A stretch of 38,749 nt of DNA. Source: Candidatus Woesearchaeota archaeon. Lineage in GTDB: Archaea > Nanobdellota > Nanobdellia > Woesearchaeales > DATGWN01. Below are positions 1 through 9,085 of this stretch, piece by piece (position 1 is the first letter of the stretch; each line of letters starts with the position of its first letter). The notes under the pieces were generated by a model that ran no database searches, was not told where the DNA came from, and was given only the letters and a program-made list of their open reading frames with translations. The DNA lies in contig JBLKOU010000006.1 in the NCBI GenBank assembly GCA_047603125.1, positions 1 to 38,749 of the forward strand, written 5' to 3'. Position numbers and translations under genes: made by a program.

Positions 1-20
1 CCTGTCATTTTTTATCACCA

Positions 21-43
21 ATTATAGTTTTTTAAACTATAAT
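21..43. repeat. Perfect 10-bp inverted repeat (ATTATAGTTT-ttt-AAACTATAAT), possible operator
   Basis: Read directly from the sequence; AT-rich, function unknown. Confidence 0.4.
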
Positions 44-140
44 AAAAAATGCGGGGTTTAACATACAATCATAATTGATGAATTTCTCATAGTTTTATAA
101 GTCTTTTTAAAGCGATATGTGAATGTACGACTTCACACAA

Positions 141-153
141 AAACATTTATAAA
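141..153 (+). promoter_or_regulatory. Archaeal BRE/TATA promoter of rpl41e
   Basis: AAACATTTATAAA; TATA begins at 146, 31 bp before ATG 177. A similar motif precedes many genes here at 29-33 bp (e.g. 1278, 3245, 14372, 19364, 34452). Confidence 0.75.
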
Positions 154-176
154 TAGGCGACTTGTTCTGCACATAC

Positions 177-278
177 ATGAAGCGAAGTTCACGAAGATGG
201 AAGAAAAAAGGTCAAATGCGCTGGAAATGGCAACGCAAAAAGATCCGAAAAGAAAAACGCAGACGAAATAGAGTGTAA
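177..278 (+). CDS. rpl41e: Ribosomal protein L41e (eS32/eL41), 33 aa
   Basis: Manual translation MKRSSRRWKKKGQMRWKWQRKKIRKEKRRRNRV matches the archaeal L41e pattern WKKKGxMRWKW; has its own TATA; too short for the ORF track. Confidence 0.9.
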   Translation: MKRSSRRWKKKGQMRWKWQRKKIRKEKRRRNRV

Positions 279-311
279 ACATTTTAATACTTGAACTGCT
301 TCTCTTCTGGT

Positions 312-692
312 ATGGTCAGCTCACAAACAGTCCTAAAAAAGAATTTTACGACCCTTACAAGGGATTTATCTGTTTTTTTACATAATGATGCTGAGTTTCG
401 TTCACTTCACCCTTCTGCTGATTTTGATGTCAAAGTAAAAAAGGGTCTTACTGGTCTGGCACTTGACATTCGTTCTAAAAAGCCGGGTATTGAGCATACT
501 GTTGAGGAAGAGTCAATCATTTCTTCTACATTACACAAAGACACGCTTAAAGTTCAAGTGACTGACAAAAAACACAAACACATTGAATTCGAAAAACTTC
601 TCAAACCCCCATATCATTATGCACATGTGCGAAATCAATTATGTGCAGCATTGCATGCGGGTGCGCATATGTACAAACAGAGGCAAACATGA
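312..692 (+). CDS. Hypothetical protein (~126 aa)
   Basis: Open frame, ATG 312 preferred over TTG 291; stop overlaps the next ATG (ATGA), implying translational coupling. Confidence 0.65.
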   Translation: MVSSQTVLKKNFTTLTRDLSVFLHNDAEFRSLHPSADFDVKVKKGLTGLALDIRSKKPGIEHTVEEESIISSTLHKDTLKVQVTDKKHKHIEFEKLLKPPYHYAHVRNQLCAALHAGAHMYKQRQT

Positions 693-1264
693 GTATTAAA
701 ATAATTCAGGCAAATACAACGCAGGCAAATGAGTATGCAAGTATTCTTACGAACAAAACATGTAAACGCATCCTTGATGCGCTTGCACAAAAAACACAAC
801 CTGTTGCTGAACATGATTTAGTCAAAGCACTCAAACTTCCTGCATCTACTATTCATTACAATATGCAAAAGCTCAAAAAAGCGGATTTGATTGTTGCAAC
901 ACATTTTAACTATTCAGATAAAGGAAAACAAGTCAATCACTATCAACTCAAACACCAATACGTCATCATTTCTCCAAAACAAGCAAGCTTGACAGAGATT
1001 TTACAACAAATTGCTCCTGCATTTTTAATAGGTCTTACCGTCATTATTTATAGCTGGTTTCAAAGTTTACGTCAAGAATCTGTGGCGATGATCGAATCAG
1101 TAAGGACAATGGCAGATCAAGTTGATGCGCCAATGATGGCAGCTGATGTTGCAGTACAAAGTGCGCAAACGTCTCTTGAATTTTCCTATATTTATGGCTT
1201 TTTTACTGCACTCGTAATTATAACGCTTACACTTTTCGTATTAAGACGTTTCAATCGAGTTTGA
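689..1264 (+). CDS. ArsR-family winged-HTH regulator with two C-terminal transmembrane segments
   Basis: ILTNKTCKRILDAL...LVKALKLPASTIHYNMQKLKKADLI...YSDKGK HTH-wing pattern; hydrophobic segments near PAFLIGLTVIIY and YIYGFFTALVIITLTLFVL; ATG 689 overlaps the upstream stop. Confidence 0.8.
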   Translation: MSIKIIQANTTQANEYASILTNKTCKRILDALAQKTQPVAEHDLVKALKLPASTIHYNMQKLKKADLIVATHFNYSDKGKQVNHYQLKHQYVIISPKQASLTEILQQIAPAFLIGLTVIIYSWFQSLRQESVAMIESVRTMADQVDAPMMAADVAVQSAQTSLEFSYIYGFFTALVIITLTLFVLRRFNRV

Positions 1265-1307
1265 AGGTATCACAGTATTTATATATCTGCGATGTGTGTA
1301 TAGGCAT

Positions 1308-3236
1308 ATGAATCACTATCGGATATTCCAACTATTTATTGTCTTCGCATTTCTTCTCTTTGTGAGTGCATGTACACCTATTGATACTCCTAAGCCACAA
1401 GATGCACAATATGCACAAAGTGTTGATCAGCTTCGAGAACTTCTTGCGCAATCGTCTTCACCAGTAGGAGGTGAACGTGCGGTACTAGACAGCATGGAGC
1501 GCATGGAGTCAGGTTCATCAGCACCTGCTCAGGATTCCCGATCCATTGATTATTCTACAACAAATGTACGAACGCCAGGTATTGATGAGAGCGATATTAT
1601 TAAAACGGATGGGCAATATGTCTATACGGCCTCAGATAAAACACTCTATATAATAAGTGCTGGTGAGCAAGCGTCTATTTTATACGAACATACATACAAT
1701 TATTCTATTACAAGTCTTTTGATTGAAGACGATCAACTCATTGTTTTTTTCTCAGATCACACCTATACACCAAATTGGCAATTTATTCAAACAACATTTA
1801 TGCATACGTATGATGTGAGTGATCGCAGACAACCTATTTTAGAGGACACGCTCGAGCTAGAAGGTTCACTTATTGATGCGAGATTATTTGAAGGAACAGT
1901 GTACATAACAAGTCAAGATAGACCAACATATCACCGGCCCATGCCATTGCTTCGCGTTAATGATGTTCAAGAAGATTTTCCGGTCTCTTCTATTCGAATA
2001 TTTCCAACACCCTACACAAATCCTTCACTTGTTAGTGTGTTGACATTTGATTTAGATACACGTAATATTGAAATTTCTTCTGTTCTGACAGAAGGGTTTT
2101 CGCAAATATACATGAGTGAGCAAAACCTCTATATTTTTGAGTCCATATATATTAGTCAATACCAAATTCAACAAGAGTTCTTTTTAGAACAGGTAAGACC
2201 TCATTTAACAAGGGATGATCGTGATTTAATTGAAAGAATTTTCGATGTAGATGATGATATTTTATCCCGATCAGAAAAAGAGCAAAAAAATCAACAAGTC
2301 TACGCACAAGCATTTGCTCGATTAGATTCCCAAGAACGCGAACAGATAGAACGACGTGTTGAAGAGCTCACAAAAGAAAAAATTCAAACATATGAATCGT
2401 TGACACAAACAACAATTCACAGAATGGATATACATACACTTGAGGTGCAAGCAACAAATACATTTGCAGGACAGCTGAGTAACCAATTTGCAATCGATGA
2501 GCACGAACAAGTACTTCGCGTTGCAATGACACTTCCAACACAATGGTTCCAACGAGAACAAACACAATCAGAGAATCGGGTTTTGACACTTGATATGCAA
2601 CTTGATGAGCTTGCACGCATTGGAAATATTGCACCGGGAGAGTCTATTTTTTCTGCACGATTCATGGAAAATAGATTATATTTAGTCACATTTGAGCAAA
2701 TTGATCCATTTTTTGTTATTGATTTAGAAGACCCCTACAATCCAACAATATTAGGAGAACTCAAAATTCCAGGATTCTCTCGATACTTGCACCCTTATGA
2801 TCAAAATCATATCATCGGTATAGGAAGACAGGCAACTGAGACGGGTAGACAACAAGGGATTAAAGTTTCATTATTTAACGTACAAGATGTAGAGAATCCA
2901 CAAGAAGTACAGACATTTGTGGCAAGCGATGATTTTGGTTATAGTAGTGCTGAATTTGAACCACATGCATTTTTGTTTTCCAAGCAAAAAGAATTACTTG
3001 TAATTCCTTATTCGTCATGGCAAGATAGACAATATGGGGCGTATGTATTCGAAATTAATCCCGATACTATAGAATTACGCGGCCTTATTGATCATGGACA
3101 ATCCGTTGAGAGAAGTTTATATATTGAAGATCTCTTGTATACAAAATCACCATCAAGGCTTCGCATACATAGAATTGATACACTTGATGCTGTCGGGGAT
3201 ATTTTATTAAGTAGAAATGACGTAAGGATTGTTTAA
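1308..3236 (+). CDS. Secreted lipoprotein with beta-propeller domain (Beta_propel family)
   Basis: Lipobox VSAC; motifs YSTTNV..GIDESDIIKTDG, NQFAIDE...LRVA, GESIFSARF..RLYLVTF.QIDPFFVIDL, GELKIPGFSRYLHP. Confidence 0.85.
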   Translation: MNHYRIFQLFIVFAFLLFVSACTPIDTPKPQDAQYAQSVDQLRELLAQSSSPVGGERAVLDSMERMESGSSAPAQDSRSIDYSTTNVRTPGIDESDIIKTDGQYVYTASDKTLYIISAGEQASILYEHTYNYSITSLLIEDDQLIVFFSDHTYTPNWQFIQTTFMHTYDVSDRRQPILEDTLELEGSLIDARLFEGTVYITSQDRPTYHRPMPLLRVNDVQEDFPVSSIRIFPTPYTNPSLVSVLTFDLDTRNIEISSVLTEGFSQIYMSEQNLYIFESIYISQYQIQQEFFLEQVRPHLTRDDRDLIERIFDVDDDILSRSEKEQKNQQVYAQAFARLDSQEREQIERRVEELTKEKIQTYESLTQTTIHRMDIHTLEVQATNTFAGQLSNQFAIDEHEQVLRVAMTLPTQWFQREQTQSENRVLTLDMQLDELARIGNIAPGESIFSARFMENRLYLVTFEQIDPFFVIDLEDPYNPTILGELKIPGFSRYLHPYDQNHIIGIGRQATETGRQQGIKVSLFNVQDVENPQEVQTFVASDDFGYSSAEFEPHAFLFSKQKELLVIPYSSWQDRQYGAYVFEINPDTIELRGLIDHGQSVERSLYIEDLLYTKSPSRLRIHRIDTLDAVGDILLSRNDVRIV

Positions 3237-3274
3237 TCATAACATTTATATGTGTGAAATGTCCTTATATGTAT

Positions 3275-4024
3275 ATGTTTTGGCCCATAGCAAGCGTATT
3301 TATTGTCATGACTATTGCTTTTATAGTAGCAAGTCTAAAAAAGAATAATGGTCTTGTTGATATATTTTGGGGTATTGCGTTTGCAGTGCTCAGTTGGGGA
3401 GCCTATGCGGTCTCTTCTCGTCATTTTATTATGCTTGTCGTGAGTATACTTATAACACTCTGGGCACTGCGGTTGAGTATCTTTTTAGCCATTCGTAATT
3501 GGAATGCAAAAGAGGATTGGCGTTATGCTAATTGGCGGGAAAGTTGGTCTAATTTTTACATTCGCAGTTTTTTTCAAATATATATGCTCCAAGCAGTTAT
3601 CGCATTACTCTTGGCAGGCCCTATACTTTTTATCGCAAACCAGCAGGCGCGAACGTCAACATGGCTTGATCTTATTGCAATTGCGGTATTTCTCATTGGT
3701 TTGAGTATAGAAGCGATTGCAGATTATCAAAAATACCAGTTTAAGAAAAAATATTCTCGCGCACTTTGTCAGATTGGGCTGTATAAATATGCGCGCCATC
3801 CAAACTATTTTGGAGAAATGGTTCAGTGGTTTGCAATTGCGCTCTTTGCTGTTTCATTTGCTGGTGGTTGGGTGATGCTGTATAGTCCTATTTTGCTTTA
3901 TTTATTACTACGCTATGTCTCTGGTGTTCCCATGCTTGAGGCTCGTTGGAAAAAGCAATATAAGGAGTTTTCCTATTATAGGAGAAAGACACGAATGTTT
4001 GTTCCTATAAAGAAGTTTTCTTAA
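3275..4024 (+). CDS. DUF1295 / steroid 5-alpha-reductase-like membrane protein
   Basis: VDIFWG, EDWRY, EAIADYQK, GLYKYARHPNYFGE, SGVPMLE motifs; start chosen 30 bp after TATA at 3245. Confidence 0.85.
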   Translation: MFWPIASVFIVMTIAFIVASLKKNNGLVDIFWGIAFAVLSWGAYAVSSRHFIMLVVSILITLWALRLSIFLAIRNWNAKEDWRYANWRESWSNFYIRSFFQIYMLQAVIALLLAGPILFIANQQARTSTWLDLIAIAVFLIGLSIEAIADYQKYQFKKKYSRALCQIGLYKYARHPNYFGEMVQWFAIALFAVSFAGGWVMLYSPILLYLLLRYVSGVPMLEARWKKQYKEFSYYRRKTRMFVPIKKFS

Positions 4025-4209
4025 ATCTCTTGTTGTGAACCTCTGATTGCTCTTGGTTCTGCGATACGTAGAGATGTTACTAGGGTCCGAATACAAATGT
4101 ATTCATCTATAGGTAGTAACAAAACGAAACATTTATAAGTTTGACAATCTTCCATTCCTTACTTTAATAGCGACTGTGCTATGTGATTTAGAAATAATGG
4201 AGAAAAACA

Positions 4210-4878
4210 ATGAAAAAGGATTTAAAATTTTATTATGGAGACATTTTTGACAATGTAAGAGAAATGCAAGACGATGAAAGAGTTCCGCTTTCCATAGCGG
4301 GAGTAATGAAAAGAAGATTAGAAGTATTAGGAACTTCGTATGAATCTGCAATCTGGAACGACAGTATAGTTACGGGGGATGCAGCTTTAAAATCATCTAA
4401 CCCCAATGCCAGTCCTTCTTCGATAAAACTCGTTCGAGGAAACCCTGAGATGCTAAACCTATTAGGAAAATATGGACGACGGGAACATATGGCTTTTCGA
4501 CTAGGTTCCACGAGACAAGACGCCGAGAAAAATTATAATCGATTTGAAGGAATTGAATCAGATATACATGATGTTCCTAGCGATTTCAATACGTTAAATG
4601 AAGTCTTGAGTAATCCTGAATTAATATTTTTATGTCGAGATGCTCGATTGTTGAAAGAATATACTACGACGCATGTATCCCGAATGGGGAGAGATCGATT
4701 TCTCCCTTCAGTTTCAGCCGCAATTGATGTGATTATTGATCAGAAGGCTAAACCAAAAATCGCTAGTGGTTACTTACTCTCTTTAGAGTCGGTTTCAAAT
4801 ATAGCGGTAGATTTTGACGATAACGAGATGTGCATGGTGGGTGTACGAAAAGAAATAGCTGATAGATATCACAGCTAA
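4210..4878 (+). CDS. Hypothetical protein (222 aa)
   Basis: Long ORF, GGAG upstream of ATG; no recognised domain. Confidence 0.7.
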   Translation: MKKDLKFYYGDIFDNVREMQDDERVPLSIAGVMKRRLEVLGTSYESAIWNDSIVTGDAALKSSNPNASPSSIKLVRGNPEMLNLLGKYGRREHMAFRLGSTRQDAEKNYNRFEGIESDIHDVPSDFNTLNEVLSNPELIFLCRDARLLKEYTTTHVSRMGRDRFLPSVSAAIDVIIDQKAKPKIASGYLLSLESVSNIAVDFDDNEMCMVGVRKEIADRYHS

Positions 4879-4892
4879 TTTTTTTACATATT

Positions 4893-5243
4893 TTATTTGT
4901 CAAGATCTCCGTTAATATAATGTAATAATTCGTGGCGGATTCTTGCTTTTGTTGTTCCTTTTTTCATGTTTAAAAAGACAACATACGCATCTTTTTTTTC
5001 AGAATCTCTTCTAAGATAATCAAATCCATCATATTTTAAGCGAAGTTCAAAGTTATCTTCGGCAAGTTCATAGTGTCTGAGTAAGTGACGAAAATATTCC
5101 TCTGCCTGTGCCTCACTATTGAGCTTAGGTGAGTTTTTTTCAGCTTTTTTCTGCAAATGAGAAAGCCAACAAACATACCCAATGCCTGTTGCAGCGCACA
5201 CTCCTGCAGTTGAGACACTTGCAATTATAACTTCTTCAAGCAT
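4893..5243 (-). CDS. Small membrane-anchored protein with HExxH motif (possible zinc metallopeptidase)
   Basis: Likely start MLEEVIIAS; N-terminal hydrophobic helix; C-terminal RHELLHY. Confidence 0.55.
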   Translation of the reverse strand: MLEEVIIASVSTAGVCAATGIGYVCWLSHLQKKAEKNSPKLNSEAQAEEYFRHLLRHYELAEDNFELRLKYDGFDYLRRDSEKKDAYVVFLNMKKGTTKARIRHELLHYINGDLDK

Positions 5244-5445
5244 AGTTTTATTATCATTATTTGATGTATATAAATCTATTTCTTGTCCGGAATATTTGTG
5301 AATCCATGAAAAAAGAGGTAATTGATGGAGTGGTCTCATAAAAATAAGAGAATAAGTCATTTTATAAGATTTCGTTTGAGAAAATTGAAAAGTTTTCAGA
5401 ATTTTGCAAACAAACTACATAAACCTTTTTGTTGTAATGTATAAT

Positions 5446-5922
5446 ATGCATAATCTTCTTACGATGGGCGGGACGCTGAAAGGCAATATCGGTGAAACCA
5501 TTTTTACGCATCTTCATAAATATGTGCATAGAACAAAATTTGATTCGTACGAGTGGTTACATAAGATGAAATTTCATATTCCAAACGATATGAAATTGTT
5601 TCTGATTAGTAACTGGGGAACTATTGATGCATTTGAGTTTATTGTGGTGGAAAATAAAGCTGTAAATCTTATTTTCTATGAAATTAAAACGACGTACGAT
5701 CGAAATAAGGAAATTTGTATCACCGCAAATGCAAAGCGCTTTTAGGAGACTTGTCTGCAAAAAGGATTTATTGTGAAATTAGCTCTTGTAATTATGTACG
5801 AGAACTGGAATTTTGAGATAGAAGTGTCAGATTATGATGTGACAAAGTATCGAATCCGAAGCGGTAATCCGAGGTTTAGTAAGAAGAGCAGGAACACTGT
5901 GCAATTTTGCCAAAGAATCTAG
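5446..5922 (+). pseudogene. PD-(D/E)xK nuclease-like gene interrupted by in-frame TAG at 5743-5745
   Basis: KGNIGE...IDAFEF...FYEIKT motif layout; the frame stays open for 58 codons after the TAG (ETCLQKGFIVKLALVIMYENWNFEIEVSDY...) to TAG 5920-5922. Confidence 0.55.
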
Positions 5923-5981
5923 AATTCAAACAGAAAATCAATCATTTTGCAATCAGCAAAATAATCTATTCCCCGTCGGTA

Positions 5982-6052
5982 TGCACCGACGGGGAATCGA
6001 ACCCCGACCGAAGCCTTGGCAAGGCCCCATTGTACCATTCAACCACCGGTGC
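5982..6052 (-). tRNA. tRNA-Gly(GCC)
   Basis: Reverse complement GCACCGG...GGGCC-TTGCCAA-GGCTT...GGTTCGATTCC...TCGGTGCA folds as a cloverleaf; CCA not encoded. Confidence 0.95.
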
Positions 6053-6107
6053 GTTAAGTAGTAGCGACAAACTAAGGATTTAAAAAGGTTATTGTTTCCC
6101 TCAATAT

Positions 6108-8873
6108 ATGCACGAATTTAAGACAAAACCAACATCAAGAACTCGTCTTTTAGAGAGTTTGCATCCAAGTGTCAGAGAGTGGTTTTTTACGCAGTTCAAA
6201 GACTTTTCCCAATCACAATTATTTGCAACCTATGACATTCATTGTCGAAAAAATATTCTCTTAAGTGCGCCGACAGGAAGCACAAAAACATTGACGTCAT
6301 TTCTTTCTATTCTCAATGAACTTATTGACTTAGATAAAAAAAATATTTTGGAGGACAGAGTTTATGCCATATACATAAGTCCGCTCAAAGCATTAAATTA
6401 TGATATTGAACATAATTTGCAAACCCCTTTAGAACAAATAGATCCAAATTCAAATATTCGCGTAGGGGTGAGAACGGGTGATACTACACCGTATCAGCGT
6501 TCCAAAATGCAAAAAACCCCTCCGCATATTCTTATAACAACGCCGGAGAGCCTGGCATTATTATTATCAACAAAATTCACACAACACATAACAAAAACTG
6601 ATTGGCTTATTATTGATGAAATTCACGCACTTGCTACAAATAAACGAGGAGTTTATTTATCTCTTTTATGCGAGTTGTTACAAGAGCTCTCTCCGGGCAT
6701 GGCAAGAATTGGTCTTTCGGCAACAATTCAACCACTTGAGACGATTGCATCCTTTCTTGTCGGTAAAGATAGGGATTGTACTATTATTGATATTGAACAA
6801 ACAAAGTCGCTTGAAGTGTCTTGTCAGCGTCCAGTACCGTCTTTTGTCATCCCCCATACACAGTATGAGACCGCATTTTTTGAAACGATACACAAACATA
6901 TTCAAGAACACACAACCACGCTTATTTTTACAAATACACGTTTTTTAACAGAAAAAATTGTGTTTGAATTAAAATCACGATTTGAAGGAGCATATTATGA
7001 AATTGAAGAACAACCTCCATTTGCACGCTCGCAGCTTATTGCCACTCATCATGGTTCGCTAAATACACAAATGAGAAAAGTCATAGAATCCAAACTTCGT
7101 AGTGGAAAATTAAAATGTGTGGTGTGCTCAACTTCCTTGGAGCTTGGCATTGATATTGGGTATGTGGATTTTGTGATACAAGTTGGCTCGCCGAAAAGTG
7201 TTTCAAAATTTTTACAACGAATAGGAAGAAGCGGACATAAATATGAACAAACACCTAAAGGAATAATTCTCGCTCAAGATCGGGATGATTATGTAGAGTC
7301 GGCTCTTATTTGTGCACATGCAAAAGCAAAAAACATTGATTCAATTACTATTCCTACCAATTGTCTGGATGTTTTGAGTCAGTTTATACTATTGCAAATT
7401 ATCATAAAGCCTCAATCCATAAAAGAATTGCATAGTGTTATTACACAATCCTATTGTTATAAAGACACGTCACTTGGAACTGTTCGAAATTGTGTTCAAG
7501 CCCTGGGGCAAATCTATGAGCAATTGCATATTTATCCGCGATTGTTTATAGAAGACGATATTGTATACCCGAGAAAAACAACCAAACTCTTATTTCAAAC
7601 AAACGTGGGAACAATTGCGGACAGTGGAAGAATTACAGTCAAAATTGGAACGCAAGTTATTGGCTTTATTGATGAAGGCTACCTAGAGGAACTTCGACCA
7701 GGAGATACCTTTGTTTTAGGGGGAGAAACATATGCATTTTCTCATGCAAAAGGAATGGTTGCATTTGTCAGGGCAACGAGTTCGCGAAAAGTGAGTATTC
7801 CTCGCTGGTTTAGCCGTGCACTTGCCCTATCTCAAGAGCTCTCTCATGCAATAGCAAACACATTTTCAAGCAGTGATGACTCGTTTATCAAACTCTATGC
7901 AAACCAACAAAAAGAATTCGGGTTTATTCCTCAAACAAGTGCAGTTCATATTGAACAATATAGTGATGGTCCTATGCACTTTGTCATTATTCACAGTCCA
8001 CATGGAAGAAGAATAAATGAAGTTCTTGCTCTTGCCTTATTTGATATTTTGAGCAAAACGCATCATGCAACTATCACAACAATTTGCACGGATAAGGCGA
8101 TTTTATTTTCCTGTGAGAAAACAATTCAAATTCAAAGAGCGATGGGTATTTTATTAGAGCACCCCCTTGACCAAATACTCACACAATCAATTGAACAAAG
8201 TGAGCATTTTAAGCGAAGAATCCGTCAATGTGCATACCGAGGGTTATTTTTGACAAAACGCTACAAAGCACAAACGATTTCTGTAAATAAACAACAAGTA
8301 AAATCGCATATGTTTTATTATACGCTCAAGCGATTAGAGCCGGACCATCCGATCATTTTAGAGGCCAGAAGAGAAATTACACGAGATGTATATGATTATG
8401 AAGGTGCAAAAACGCTTTTAGAAAAAGTAAAACAAAAGACTGTTGGTATTTTTTATCATCAATTAACTGTTCCAAGTCCCTGTGCAACACATATTGCCGT
8501 TTTAGGGTATAGCGATTATATGAGTGCCACAAACCGTCAAGAATATATGAATAATATGTATAACATGCAGCTTGCCACCATTGCTTTGAAAAATAAAAAG
8601 CAAAAAAAAGCCTATGTCTATGAAACACCTCAGCCAATTAATTATTACAAGGAATGGGGTGAAGATTCCAAGAAAAAATCCCGTTACACCTTGCCAAAAA
8701 TCCCTTTGGACCCTCATATAGAATTTTATCTCAAACGTGTTTTGGATGGGACTTTGGATGGAACTGATGCGCGTTTTAAAAAATGGCTGGACATATTATT
8801 AGAAGAGAAAGCACCAAAACAATGGGACGAACAAACGATTGCGTATTTGCGTTCCGTGCAAAAAAAGCTGTGA
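6108..8873 (+). CDS. lhr: Lhr-family ATP-dependent SF2 helicase
   Basis: APTGSTKT, YISPLKALNYD, RTGDT, PPHILITTPESL, DEIH, LSAT, HHGSL, STSLELGIDIG, QRIGRSGH. Confidence 0.92.
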   Translation: MHEFKTKPTSRTRLLESLHPSVREWFFTQFKDFSQSQLFATYDIHCRKNILLSAPTGSTKTLTSFLSILNELIDLDKKNILEDRVYAIYISPLKALNYDIEHNLQTPLEQIDPNSNIRVGVRTGDTTPYQRSKMQKTPPHILITTPESLALLLSTKFTQHITKTDWLIIDEIHALATNKRGVYLSLLCELLQELSPGMARIGLSATIQPLETIASFLVGKDRDCTIIDIEQTKSLEVSCQRPVPSFVIPHTQYETAFFETIHKHIQEHTTTLIFTNTRFLTEKIVFELKSRFEGAYYEIEEQPPFARSQLIATHHGSLNTQMRKVIESKLRSGKLKCVVCSTSLELGIDIGYVDFVIQVGSPKSVSKFLQRIGRSGHKYEQTPKGIILAQDRDDYVESALICAHAKAKNIDSITIPTNCLDVLSQFILLQIIIKPQSIKELHSVITQSYCYKDTSLGTVRNCVQALGQIYEQLHIYPRLFIEDDIVYPRKTTKLLFQTNVGTIADSGRITVKIGTQVIGFIDEGYLEELRPGDTFVLGGETYAFSHAKGMVAFVRATSSRKVSIPRWFSRALALSQELSHAIANTFSSSDDSFIKLYANQQKEFGFIPQTSAVHIEQYSDGPMHFVIIHSPHGRRINEVLALALFDILSKTHHATITTICTDKAILFSCEKTIQIQRAMGILLEHPLDQILTQSIEQSEHFKRRIRQCAYRGLFLTKRYKAQTISVNKQQVKSHMFYYTLKRLEPDHPIILEARREITRDVYDYEGAKTLLEKVKQKTVGIFYHQLTVPSPCATHIAVLGYSDYMSATNRQEYMNNMYNMQLATIALKNKKQKKAYVYETPQPINYYKEWGEDSKKKSRYTLPKIPLDPHIEFYLKRVLDGTLDGTDARFKKWLDILLEEKAPKQWDEQTIAYLRSVQKKL

Positions 8874-8899
8874 TTTTTGAAAGCAGATTTGTTATAACA

Positions 8900-9040
8900 G
8901 GTGTTATTCAAAAAATAAGAAAAAGAGCACCTTGCAGCAAAGTCAGAAAATTTGGCGATTGTTTGTAGACGAATTTTCGCACCATTCTCAAAGCGGGACT
9001 CTTGAGCAAAATCTGCGTGCTCTTTTTTGCAAATAAAGAC
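8900..9040 (+). mobile_element. MITE-like element, family A, copy A1 (decayed ends)
   Basis: Core AAAGAGCACCTTGCAG...CTCAAAGCGGGACTCTTGAGC...CTGCGTGCTCTTT shared with A2/A3; TIRs degenerate; flanks TTGTTATAACA (8889-8899) and TTGCCACAACA (9041-9051) differ only by C/T. Boundaries approximate. Confidence 0.75.
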
Positions 9041-9085
9041 TTGCCACAACAACCCTTATAAATCCAACTTCCTAGAATGAGTAGT

